Below, piece by piece: positions 55,328 to 63,953 of a stretch of 64,000 bases of DNA. The notes under the pieces were generated by a model, which did not search any database, was not told the DNA's origin, and saw only the letters and a program-made list of their open reading frames with translations. A program made the translations under genes and the position numbers. The stretch is from Pseudomonadota bacterium (GTDB taxonomy: Bacteria > Bdellovibrionota > Bacteriovoracia > Bacteriovoracales > Bacteriovoracaceae). The stretch spans positions 90,371-154,370 of the forward strand of contig JAIYDL010000020.1 of assembly GCA_027487515.1 (NCBI GenBank), read 5' to 3'. The first letter of the stretch is position 1; each line of letters starts with the position of its first letter.

Positions 55328-56367
55328 GTAACTCTTATCTCACCCCCAAACTACCGCTGGAACCGAAACGGACGGGGACGATCTTTCTGTTAATTTTCTT
55401 TTTCTCCGTTCTCCCCTTCCTGCCCTGGGTGGCCTTCACCACAGGCGAAGGCCAGGTCACCGCGATCGATCCGAATGAGAGGGTCCAGACCTTGACGACA
55501 CCCGTGAACGGCTTCATCTCCCAATGGCTCGTCCGCGAGGGAGCTCGCGTCAAGCGCGGCGATGTCCTGGCCCGGATGCAAGACAATGACCCGGGTCTCA
55601 TCGAGCGCTACCAGCGAGAGCTCGACGCCGCTCGGGCCGGGATCGCGTCCGCGAAGCTCGTCCTTGAGACCTCTCGACTCAACCTCGATCGGCAGCGGAA
55701 ACTTTTCGAACAGGGTCTCTCGGCACGGAAAGAGTACGAGAAGGCCAAGATCGAGACCTCGAAGATGGACATCGAGTACTCGAAGGCGATGGCAACACTC
55801 ACGAAGGCCGAGACTCAGTTCTCTCGCCAACTCCAAACCATCATCGCTCCTCGGGACGGCGTGATCACTCGAGTGCTCCCAGGAGAGCGCGGTCAACTCA
55901 TCAAGGCCGGGACTCCGATCGCTGTGTTAAGTCCCTACATCACGACTCCGGCCGTGGAAATCTGGGTCGATGGAAACGACACAGCGATGCTCACTTCGGG
56001 ACAGCATGCTGTGCTTCAGTTCGAAGGTTGGCCCTCTCTCCAAATTGCCGGCTGGCCTGCCGTCGCGGTGGGAGTCTTCCCGGCCAAGGTCTACCTGGTG
56101 GATGCGGCCTCCTCGAACAAAGGTAAGTTTCGAGTCCTCCTCGTCCCGTCCGGCAGGAAAGCGTGGCCTGATGCCCCGTTCTTGCGCCCAGGGGCACACG
56201 CCAAGGGCTACATCACCCTCGCCAGGTCTTTTGTTCTGAAGGAAATCTGGCGGCAGCTCACGGGCCTTCCACCCGTTTCCGGGCCCGTCAAGGATGAGCT
56301 TGCGAGGATGATGAAGATCAACAAGTCCGACTACGAAGATGAGGATAAGGAAAAGGAGAAAAAATGA
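55324..56367 (+). CDS. HlyD-family periplasmic adaptor (membrane fusion protein)
   Basis: N-terminal TM helix, lipoyl-like hairpin (V.G.I....V.EG..VK.GDVLA), coiled coil. ATGA overlap with the upstream gene. Confidence 0.85.
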   Translation: MSNSYLTPKLPLEPKRTGTIFLLIFFFSVLPFLPWVAFTTGEGQVTAIDPNERVQTLTTPVNGFISQWLVREGARVKRGDVLARMQDNDPGLIERYQRELDAARAGIASAKLVLETSRLNLDRQRKLFEQGLSARKEYEKAKIETSKMDIEYSKAMATLTKAETQFSRQLQTIIAPRDGVITRVLPGERGQLIKAGTPIAVLSPYITTPAVEIWVDGNDTAMLTSGQHAVLQFEGWPSLQIAGWPAVAVGVFPAKVYLVDAASSNKGKFRVLLVPSGRKAWPDAPFLRPGAHAKGYITLARSFVLKEIWRQLTGLPPVSGPVKDELARMMKINKSDYEDEDKEKEKK

Positions 56368-57710
56368 TCCGGCTCCTGGCCCTCGCGTTTCTGAGTGGCA
56401 CGGCCTTCGCCGTGAGTGAAGAGGAAATCACGAAGTCCGTGCTCGCGCACTTTCCCCTCATCCAGCAAGCGGAACTCAAGTACGAGGCGTCTCGGGGTGA
56501 AGTCGAAGAAGCCCAGGGCGCCTTTGATCACAAGCTCACCTTCAAATCTCGAAACCGCATCGAAGATAAGTACGAGAACCAGTACTTCGAGACGACGATC
56601 GAGCGTCAGACTCGCTACCAAGGACTCTCCCTCGTGGCGGGGCATCGGTCAGGCCAGGGTCTCTTTCCCGCCTACGATGGAAAGTACAAGACCTCCAGCG
56701 CCGGAGAGATTTTTGCGGGCCTAGCGTTGCCCGTGCTCCGGAACTTCCAGAGCGACGAGTTCCGGCTCAACATCGAACTCGCCAAACTTCGAAAAGGCAT
56801 CGCGAAGGCCGAGGTCGAACTCAAGCAGAACATCTCCATCCACAAGGCCCTCTCGCTTTACTACAAGTGGCTCTTCGCCAACCAGAAGCTCAAGATCCGC
56901 GAGTCCATCCTCAAGATCGCCGAGGAGAGGCAGGTCATGCTCGAGAAGAAGTTCGCCGCGGGGGATGTCGAAAAGCTAAAACTGATCGATAACCTGCGCT
57001 CCATCGACAAACGACGGGATGAACTCGCGAAGGCAAGGATCGAGTGGCAGAGTGCCCGGACTCAGCTCGAGCTCTACTACCGCGACGACGCAGGAGTCTC
57101 GATCTCCTTGTCCCAGGAAGTTCTCCCCAAAGACGACATCCGCGCAGTGCCACGGGAGATCCTCACCGCAGACGTTCTCCCTCAGCTCCGGATCATCGAC
57201 CAAGAGATTCGCATGCGGCAGGCCGAGCGGAAGTTCTTCGATCAGTCCCGGCTACCGGGGCTAAACCTCGAGCTCGTGGGCTCGCGCGAGCTCTCTGGCA
57301 ACGTGCCCTGGGATCCATCAACGCTTCAGGTAGGGCTCAAGTTCGATCTGCCTTTAGAGAACCGGAAGGCCGAAGGAAAGACAACGGCGGCGGAATACAA
57401 ATTCCGAGCTCTCCTGCGAGAGAAAGACTTCATGATCCAGCAGCTCAAGCAGCAGCTGAATTTCTCCTACGACGCCCTCCAGGCCACTCGCGGTCGCTGG
57501 GAGGTTACTTCGAGCGAATTCGAGAAGTCCGTTAAGATCGCGGAAGCCGAGCGCACGAGATGGGCCCAGGGGGCCTCGGACCTCTTCATCCTGGCCATGC
57601 GCGAACAGGACGCAGCAGACGTCGACGTCAAGCGCTGGGACGTTTGGTACGATTACCATCAGCTGTTAATTGATACTCGCCTTTTCTCCGGAAAGATGGT
57701 GCCTCGCTAG
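56364..57710 (+). CDS. TolC-like outer-membrane efflux protein
   Basis: Signal peptide, two-repeat helical OEP pattern. ATGA overlap with the HlyD stop. Confidence 0.8.
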   Translation: MIRLLALAFLSGTAFAVSEEEITKSVLAHFPLIQQAELKYEASRGEVEEAQGAFDHKLTFKSRNRIEDKYENQYFETTIERQTRYQGLSLVAGHRSGQGLFPAYDGKYKTSSAGEIFAGLALPVLRNFQSDEFRLNIELAKLRKGIAKAEVELKQNISIHKALSLYYKWLFANQKLKIRESILKIAEERQVMLEKKFAAGDVEKLKLIDNLRSIDKRRDELAKARIEWQSARTQLELYYRDDAGVSISLSQEVLPKDDIRAVPREILTADVLPQLRIIDQEIRMRQAERKFFDQSRLPGLNLELVGSRELSGNVPWDPSTLQVGLKFDLPLENRKAEGKTTAAEYKFRALLREKDFMIQQLKQQLNFSYDALQATRGRWEVTSSEFEKSVKIAEAERTRWAQGASDLFILAMREQDAADVDVKRWDVWYDYHQLLIDTRLFSGKMVPR

Positions 57711-58039
57711 TCGCAGGTCCAGTCAGATCGGATCTCCGAGTCGACGTCCAGGCAGTGATGCTGAAACTTTCGTAAGCTCGTGCGCATGCGGCCCTGAAGG
57801 GCCTCGCAGTCATCCGGGTCTAAGAGGTAGACCTGAGCGGCGCCGCCCTCTCCGATCCTGAGACCTTGGATGAAACTCTGGCAATCGATGACGACTTTTT
57901 CAGTCAGATTGGTTTGCAGAATGAAGCTTCGATCAAGAGGGGGATCCTTGGTCATTTTCTTTACGCGGATGTCTTCCGCCTGAGTAGTCGCAGAAAGCAG
58001 AAGGGACGCGAGGACAAGGGCAAGTGACAGTGGTTTCAT
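57707..58039 (-). CDS. small secreted 4-Cys protein
   Basis: GGAG lies 5 nt upstream of the ATG at 58039. Signal peptide MKPLSLALVLASLLLSATTQA. Confidence 0.55.
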   Translation of the reverse strand: MKPLSLALVLASLLLSATTQAEDIRVKKMTKDPPLDRSFILQTNLTEKVVIDCQSFIQGLRIGEGGAAQVYLLDPDDCEALQGRMRTSLRKFQHHCLDVDSEIRSDWTCD

Positions 58040-58199
58040 GTGGACTCCGATGGTCAAAACCTTTCGGATGGCCGAGGGGCCAACTGAAGCCTCGGAGGAT
58101 CATCGGCAATTCGTGCCGTGGGATGCGGCGTCTTCTCAGAAGGGCCAGACCCATCAGCGAGAGCGCGACTGCAGGGATTGTGACAAGAGCATGGAGCAC

Positions 58200-58227
58200 A
58201 AAAAAAAGGCCGCCCAAAAGGGCGGCC
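58200..58227 (-). terminator. Rho-independent terminator of gltA
   Basis: ggccgccc aaaa gggcggcc, followed on the minus strand by a run of 8 T. Confidence 0.7.
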
Positions 58228-58239
58228 TTGACCTCGCAC

Positions 58240-59517
58240 TCAGCGAGACTTCAGATCTTTGTAAGTGTTCTTCGTGTCACCGGTGTAGATCTGCCGCGGG
58301 CGACAGATCTTAAACCCAGGCTGCTCCACCATCTCTTTCCACTGGGCGAGCCACCCTGGAAGGCGCCCCATCGCAAACATCACCGTAAACATGTTCGTCG
58401 GAATCCCGAGAGCTCGGTAGATGATCCCAGAATAGAAGTCCACGTTCGGGTAGAGCTTCCGAGAAACGAAGTACTCATCCTTCAAGGCAACTTCCTCGAG
58501 ACCTTTCGCAATGTCGAGGAGCGAATCCTGGGCACCGAGAGTCGCTAGCACGGAGTCGCAGGCCTTCTTGATGATCTTCGCCCGAGGGTCAAAATTCTTA
58601 TACACCCGGTGACCGAAGCCCATCAGGCGAGACGAAGAATTCTTGTCTTTCACTTCATCGAGGAACTGCTGGTAGCTCTTCCCAGACCCCTTGATCTCCT
58701 CGAGCATCTCGAGGACCGCTTGATTGGCGCCGCCGTGGAGCGGGCCCCACAGGGCATCGACACCGGCGGAGATCGTCGCGAAGATATTGGCCTTCGATGA
58801 GCCCACCAGGCGCACCGAGGAGGTCGAGCAGTTCTGTTCATGATCGACGTGAAGGATCAGGAGCACGTCGAGTGCCTTGGCGACCTCCTTCTTCACATTC
58901 TTGTTCCCTGTCATCATGTGGATAAAATCCGAGCAGTAATCAAGGCTGCGATCGGATTTCACAAAGTCCTTCCCTTGGGAATGACGGAAAGCATAGGCGG
59001 CCATCACCTTCAACTGTCCCATGAGCTGCGCGATCGCCTGGTCCTTCTGCGGGGGCGTAAGGTCCTGGGCGCAGAGGTCATGGTGGAACGCAGAGAGCGA
59101 CACCATGTTCGCCGAAAGAACGGCCATCGGGTGCGCGTCCTTAGGGAAGGCCTTAATCATGGTCTTGATCCCCTCGGGGACGTCGTCGAACGCAGCGATC
59201 CGGTCTTCGAAAGTCTTGAGCTCAGTCGCCGTTGGAAGCTTCCCGTAGAAAACCAGGTAAGAAGCTTCGAGGAAGGAAGACTTCTCCGCGATCTCTTCGA
59301 TCGAGTACCCCCGGTACTTCAAGATCCCTTGTTCGCCATCGAGGAACGTGATCGCCGAGGTGCAGGCGCCAGTGTTCATGTAACCCGAATCCAGGGTTAC
59401 GTAGCCAGTCTCCGCTCTCAGCTTCGTGATATCGATGGCCTTCTCACCTTCGGTACCTGTGAACACGGGGAGCTCGATGGTCTTATCACCGAGAACTAAT
59501 TTTGCCTTATCAGACAT
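58240..59517 (-). CDS. gltA: citrate synthase
   Basis: Family sequence throughout (…GPLHGGANQ…, …MGFGHRVYK…). Start chosen at MSDKAKLVLG. Confidence 0.92.
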   Translation of the reverse strand: MSDKAKLVLGDKTIELPVFTGTEGEKAIDITKLRAETGYVTLDSGYMNTGACTSAITFLDGEQGILKYRGYSIEEIAEKSSFLEASYLVFYGKLPTATELKTFEDRIAAFDDVPEGIKTMIKAFPKDAHPMAVLSANMVSLSAFHHDLCAQDLTPPQKDQAIAQLMGQLKVMAAYAFRHSQGKDFVKSDRSLDYCSDFIHMMTGNKNVKKEVAKALDVLLILHVDHEQNCSTSSVRLVGSSKANIFATISAGVDALWGPLHGGANQAVLEMLEEIKGSGKSYQQFLDEVKDKNSSSRLMGFGHRVYKNFDPRAKIIKKACDSVLATLGAQDSLLDIAKGLEEVALKDEYFVSRKLYPNVDFYSGIIYRALGIPTNMFTVMFAMGRLPGWLAQWKEMVEQPGFKICRPRQIYTGDTKNTYKDLKSR

Positions 59518-59631
59518 GGGGGCTCCTTCAAGAAAAGTGAGATGGGAATACAAAGACCGGTTAAATGTTCGCATCTTATCGAATTTCCATCCGTCTGTCT
59601 AAATACTCTTAATGAAGACCGTGTCGGAAAA

Positions 59632-59698
59632 TGGTGACAAAAGTTGAAGCGTCTAACATCTCCTGGTGCCAAAGTAGCTCCGAGGTGGTGACAAAACT
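59632..59698 (+). repeat. three direct copies of TGGTG(A/C)CAAA(A)(G/C)T in the gltA / 59868 intergenic region
   Basis: tggtgacaaaagt (59632-59644), tggtgccaaagt (59664-59675), tggtgacaaaact (59686-59698). Confidence 0.5.
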
Positions 59699-59800
59699 GC
59701 TCCAGTACCCCTTTAGCGCTCTCGCTCAGAAGCTAGTGTGCGGCGCGTCTAGTTATTGAAATATTATATCTCCTTGGGAAAGTTCGAAATTCCAAAAACT

Positions 59801-59816
59801 TGGCAAGTGAATTGCT
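59801..59816 (+). promoter_or_regulatory. sigma54-type -24/-12 promoter candidate
   Basis: TGGCAAGTGAATTGCT, 51 nt upstream of the ATG at 59868. Confidence 0.55.
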
Positions 59817-59867
59817 TCAAATCACTCACAATTCAAACATGATGTTTGGGTACTATAAGGAGAAAGC

Positions 59868-61055
59868 ATGAAACACGCTTCATCGTCACTATTGTTGGTT
59901 CTGTTTGCAGCACTGTTTGTATCGCTTCAGTCATACGCACAAATTTCCGTGGATATTGGTCGCCCACGCCCAGATCGAGGACCTCGTCCAGACATCCGCC
60001 CGCAGCAGCAACTTCCTCGGGACCAGGTCATCCGTGAGGACATTAACCGGTCGGTTCGTGGCTACGAGAGACTCCGTCTCGGAGATCTTCTTCGTCTTTC
60101 TTGGCAAGAGCAGAGTGCTCTCGAAGTCCTCTCTCTTCGGGTCGTCGCCCAGAGTCTCATGCAGGGGCCGGCGGAACTCGAGCTCAGTGCCCGGGGCCAG
60201 CTCCTCTCTAGCGCACTCCTGCGCCGTCAACTTGGCGAGGTGGCCTTCAACCTTCCCCTTGGCACACGCATCGCCGAGTTAGAGCTGGGAAGTCGCTCCG
60301 ATGTCTTCCTCGCTTCTGTCATGGTGGAAGTTCGCTCGGATTGGCAGCAGGGACCCGGCCCCGGTCCTGGACCTGGTCCAGGCCGAGACCCCCAGGTCTC
60401 TCCCGGTTCGTTTCTTACATTGCAACTTAATCAAACTATCCGCGGAGCGGCCCAGATCCCACTCCATGAGCTCGTCCGGCAGCAACACCGCCTGTCACTC
60501 TCCGGTGCCCAAATCGAGCGCGTCGTGGTCCAAGGTCAACCCCTCAATGGTCGTTCTGCGAGTGTGCAAGTTGAGCTCAACCGAAGACCGGTTTCCGACG
60601 TAGGCTACTTATCTCAGGGCCAGCGGATGTTGCCGCTTCCCGTGAACTCACTCGAAGAAGTGCGCAGCTTGAGTCTCTTGGTTAACGGGGACGCTCAGAT
60701 CTTCGAGATCCGCATCAGAGTTGGACAGGTTCGCCCGGAAAGACCCGAGTTCCCACAGTCCGAGCGCTTCATTGTCAATCAGGAGGTATCCCCACGCTTC
60801 CCCCTCGACCTGGGTCACATCCTTCGCTACGACCGACGCTTCATCCGCTCCCTCACGATCCACGCTCGCTCCCTTCGTCAGGCCCAGGCCCAGCTCTCGC
60901 TCATAGCCCTCAACGGTGAACAGCAAGGTGTGATCTTCGTCGGTCCTAACAGTGTTCGAGTCTCCGTCGTCCTCCGTCGCCCGATGATTGCCCAGGAACT
61001 CCGCCTGGAATCAGCGGCACCGATCCTGATCGAGATGCTGGAGGTTGAGTTCTAA
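59868..61055 (+). CDS. secreted protein made of three modules of about 100 aa each, with a Gly-Pro linker; function unknown
   Basis: AAGGAG RBS. Signal peptide ...SLQSYAQ. GPGPGPGPGPG linker. Modules end ...VMVEV / ...FEIRIRV / ...IEMLEVEF. Confidence 0.65.
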   Translation: MKHASSSLLLVLFAALFVSLQSYAQISVDIGRPRPDRGPRPDIRPQQQLPRDQVIREDINRSVRGYERLRLGDLLRLSWQEQSALEVLSLRVVAQSLMQGPAELELSARGQLLSSALLRRQLGEVAFNLPLGTRIAELELGSRSDVFLASVMVEVRSDWQQGPGPGPGPGPGRDPQVSPGSFLTLQLNQTIRGAAQIPLHELVRQQHRLSLSGAQIERVVVQGQPLNGRSASVQVELNRRPVSDVGYLSQGQRMLPLPVNSLEEVRSLSLLVNGDAQIFEIRIRVGQVRPERPEFPQSERFIVNQEVSPRFPLDLGHILRYDRRFIRSLTIHARSLRQAQAQLSLIALNGEQQGVIFVGPNSVRVSVVLRRPMIAQELRLESAAPILIEMLEVEF

Positions 61056-61072
61056 GTCCTTCGCTTAAAATC

Positions 61073-61114
61073 TAAAAAAAAGATGCCTTCCTTCCCGGAA
61101 GGCATCTTTTTTTT
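61073..61114. terminator. strong bidirectional-looking Rho-independent terminator
   Basis: A8, then agatgccttcc / ttccc / ggaaggcatct, then T7. Confidence 0.75.
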
Positions 61115-61193
61115 AGATAGATAAGATCCTTCTTCTCGACTTTCCATATGCATGAAAGGGGCCTAGAACCAATCAACTTCAAAGGTCGTGCAT

Positions 61194-61523
61194 ATGAAAA
61201 ACATCATCATTCTTCTGTTCTGTCTCTTCTCCTACAGCGCCTTCTCCCAGGTGAGCGTCGACATCATTTCGGCCGAGTATCCGGTGGAGGATTACGAGGG
61301 AAATCCATCACTGTGCCTGACGGTTGTGCGAACAACCAGCGGTCAGCTTCTCGGGATCGTCGAACCGATCGAGGACTGTTTCTATGCGCGGAAGGCCCGG
61401 AAGGCTTCGAGCAATCGCCTGACGATCTTTCCCAAGGATCTTGCTAAAATCCCCGTTGGTCGGCTTCAGCTGCATTTACAAAGAATCGATGCCCAACTAG
61501 AGTTTTACTACTCAGGAGAATAA
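61194..61523 (+). CDS. small secreted protein, function unknown
   Basis: Signal peptide MKNIIILLFCLFSYSAFSQ. Its predicted mature N-terminus QVSVDII resembles QISVDIG of the preceding gene. Confidence 0.55.
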   Translation: MKNIIILLFCLFSYSAFSQVSVDIISAEYPVEDYEGNPSLCLTVVRTTSGQLLGIVEPIEDCFYARKARKASSNRLTIFPKDLAKIPVGRLQLHLQRIDAQLEFYYSGE

Positions 61524-61525
61524 AC

Positions 61526-62224
61526 TTGCAATGGGACCCTCCCCTTACGGAAGCCATCCTCATTAAGCGCTACAAACGGTTCCTGGCCGATGTTCGCCTC
61601 GGTTCCGACACCACCACCGTTCATGTGCCCAACACCGGGAGCATGACCGGGTGCTGGGAACCTGAGTGGGGATGTGCCATCTCCCGTTCCACAAATCCCA
61701 CGAGAAAGATGCCCTACACTCTCGAACTCACCCACAATGGAGCAAGCTGGATCGGAGTGAACACCGGCACGGCCAATAAGCTGGCCCTCAAATGGATCCA
61801 AGACGGTCTCATCCCAGAGCTTTCAGGATACGATCGGATCACCCCGGAGAAGAAAGTCCGAGGCTCACGGATTGACTTCTTCCTGGATTCCCATCCCTCG
61901 CTTCCAGCGGCCTATGTTGAGGTCAAGAGCGTTACCTTGAAGCTCGACGGTGTGGCCCAGTTCCCAGACGCCGTCTCAGAACGCGCCCAAAAACATGTCA
62001 CAGAACTCATCGCACTCAAGTGTGAGGGGTTCCGGGCCGTCCTCCTCTACATCGTCCAACGCCAGGACGTAGGTTCCGTCCGACCAGCGGCGAGCATCGA
62101 CCCCACGTATGCCGCTCTTCTTCGAGAGGCCACCAAGGCCGGAGTTGAAGTCCTTGCCTATCAAGCTGATCTGGATCTCCACGGAATCCGCTTTGGCCGC
62201 TCCCTCCCGGTGTCTCTCGCGTGA
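61526..62224 (+). CDS. sfsA: sugar fermentation stimulation protein SfsA
   Basis: TTG start 6 nt after AGGAGA. ILIKRYKRFLADV ... HVPNTGSM. Confidence 0.85.
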   Translation: MQWDPPLTEAILIKRYKRFLADVRLGSDTTTVHVPNTGSMTGCWEPEWGCAISRSTNPTRKMPYTLELTHNGASWIGVNTGTANKLALKWIQDGLIPELSGYDRITPEKKVRGSRIDFFLDSHPSLPAAYVEVKSVTLKLDGVAQFPDAVSERAQKHVTELIALKCEGFRAVLLYIVQRQDVGSVRPAASIDPTYAALLREATKAGVEVLAYQADLDLHGIRFGRSLPVSLA

Positions 62225-63030
62225 ACTTCCTCCGCCTGGTCTTTACCACCACGGGCCCAAGCCTCATGGTCCGGGAAGCCTTCTCGGGTGAGAAGTTCGA
62301 AGAGGATTTCCACTGGAAAGATAAGCTTGAGTTCACGGTCAGTGACAGCACTGATTTCACTATGCTCTGGACATCCCTCTTGCCAGACCTAGAGCCCACC
62401 TACGCCGAAGCCTTAGTCGACCTCGTCGCTGCCCGGTACCCGGTTTCTTTAGAGTTCGAAAAGCTCCGGTCCTACTGCCCGAAGCTTACCTACTCTCTCG
62501 ACGCCGATGAATGGGTGTTCTATGGAGGGACCTTCGATCCCTGGCACCCCGGGCACCAGGCCTGCCTCGATCTACTTCCTCCGGACAAAGTCTGCTTCGT
62601 CCTTCCCGATAGAAACCCCCTCAAAGCGATCACGAGTCTCAATCCCGTGGCGACGATCCTGGAACTCAGTACCCGAGGGAGGTTTCGTCCTCTCCAGTTC
62701 CTGGTACCGAGCTTCCTTCTCAGCGCCGAGAAGAATCCCACCGTCGAATGGATTGAGAGACTTCGGAGGATTTACCCGAACCGCAAACTCTCATTGCTCC
62801 TGGGATTTGATAGCTTCGAAGATCTTCCTCTCTGGCGCCGCCACGAAGACCTGCTCCGAGCGCTGAGCTGCATCTACGTCGTGTCTCGACTAGAGGACGG
62901 TCAGAGGGCCCTCGGAGCACAAAAACGAGCTCACGGCATCAACCCCAAACTCAGCGTCGTCTTTTTAGGACGGCATCCGCACGAGGCGCTAAGTTCTTCG
63001 AGTCTTAGAAAAAAAGAAGGGACCCCGTAG
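62221..63030 (+). CDS. nadD: nicotinate-nucleotide adenylyltransferase with an N-terminal extension of about 100 aa
   Basis: FYGGTFDPWHPGH and a C-terminal SSSSLR (ISSTxIR-like) motif. The GTG start overlaps the sfsA stop (GTGA). Confidence 0.7.
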   Translation: MNFLRLVFTTTGPSLMVREAFSGEKFEEDFHWKDKLEFTVSDSTDFTMLWTSLLPDLEPTYAEALVDLVAARYPVSLEFEKLRSYCPKLTYSLDADEWVFYGGTFDPWHPGHQACLDLLPPDKVCFVLPDRNPLKAITSLNPVATILELSTRGRFRPLQFLVPSFLLSAEKNPTVEWIERLRRIYPNRKLSLLLGFDSFEDLPLWRRHEDLLRALSCIYVVSRLEDGQRALGAQKRAHGINPKLSVVFLGRHPHEALSSSSLRKKEGTP

Positions 63031-63036
63031 GGTCCC
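63009..63036 (-). terminator. terminator of the 63064-63681 gene, lying within the nadD 3' end
   Basis: gggaccc cgta gggtccc, followed on the minus strand by a run of 7 T. Confidence 0.55.
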
Positions 63037-63063
63037 TCCTGCTTAAAAAGTCGTCTTTAGAGA

Positions 63064-63681
63064 TTAGTAGCAGATGTAATCGCAGGTGTAGGCCTGGCAG
63101 TAGAGCGGGTAGCCGTAGTAGTCATAGCCGCAGCTGTACGAGTAGTAGTAACAATCGTTGTAGCACGACGTGTATCCACCAGTTGTGGTCGTTGTATTTG
63201 TAGGAGTTCCGCCAGTCGCGCTACCGCCGCCTGCAGCAGCGAGGCCAACGGCGAGAGCAACGATCAGGAGACCGACGGCGAGGTAGACGAGAACATCACC
63301 GTTCCAAGAAGCACCGTTTGAGTAGGCGCGCTTCATGGAGTCGACCATGTACTGAGAAGCTTCTTCAGAAGACATCTTGTTGATGGTGATCATAGAGAAA
63401 GCAGTTTCGAGGTCACGTGCAATCCGAGCATCTTTAACTTGCGACTTGGCGAAATCGATCATTTGAGAGTTCGTGAGACCCTGCTTCTGGAGTTCCCGAA
63501 CAGTTCCTGTGAATTTCTTGAGCTGAGACTCGTAGAAAGACCGGTCTTGCTGGTCCCATTCAACAGTGAGGGCGTAGTTCATTTCGTCGAAGGCGGCTTT
63601 GAGACCGTTGTGAGTTGAAGCGTGGGCCTGGACGGTGAAGATGGCGACGACCATCATCAGGGTGATGAATTTTCTGATCAC
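63064..63681 (-). CDS. signal-peptide protein with a helical domain, a TM helix, a Gly/Thr linker and a 38-aa Tyr/Cys-rich C-terminal tail
   Basis: GTG start 5 nt after AGGAGG. Tail is GGYTSCYNDCYYYSYSCGYDYYGYPLYCQAYTCDYICY. Confidence 0.65.
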   Translation of the reverse strand: MIRKFITLMMVVAIFTVQAHASTHNGLKAAFDEMNYALTVEWDQQDRSFYESQLKKFTGTVRELQKQGLTNSQMIDFAKSQVKDARIARDLETAFSMITINKMSSEEASQYMVDSMKRAYSNGASWNGDVLVYLAVGLLIVALAVGLAAAGGGSATGGTPTNTTTTTGGYTSCYNDCYYYSYSCGYDYYGYPLYCQAYTCDYICY

Positions 63682-63710
63682 AAATGCCTCCTGTGGCGTG
63701 TGTTTAGGTG

Positions 63711-63726
63711 GGCAGTTTGTAGCCCA
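63711..63726 (-). promoter_or_regulatory. weaker sigma54-type -24/-12 candidate
   Basis: The minus strand reads TGGGCTACAAACTGCC (GG-N10-GC), ending 29 nt upstream of the GTG start. Confidence 0.3.
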
Positions 63727-63953
63727 GGTAGGAATCTGGGTAAAGACTAAATAACCTTACAACTAAAAATTTCAGGGTCAAATTGACACTTCCCCCAAGT
63801 TCGGGAGGGGGATGTAAAAAGTAAGGAAGAGCAGCTCACGCCTTTCTTTGGGAAATCTTGAGTTGCCACCATTATCAAAGGTTTAAACGATGCTCGGGGA
63901 AGTTTATGGAACGGAGGGCTCAGAATCAGCCCTCGGTCCAGATAAGCAGAAGC

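Noticed and set aside
60351-60383. ggacccggccccggtcctggacctggtccaggc short repeat.
   Set aside because: It is in frame within the gene at 59868-61055 and encodes a (Gly-Pro)5 linker. It is not a CRISPR array or a non-coding microsatellite.
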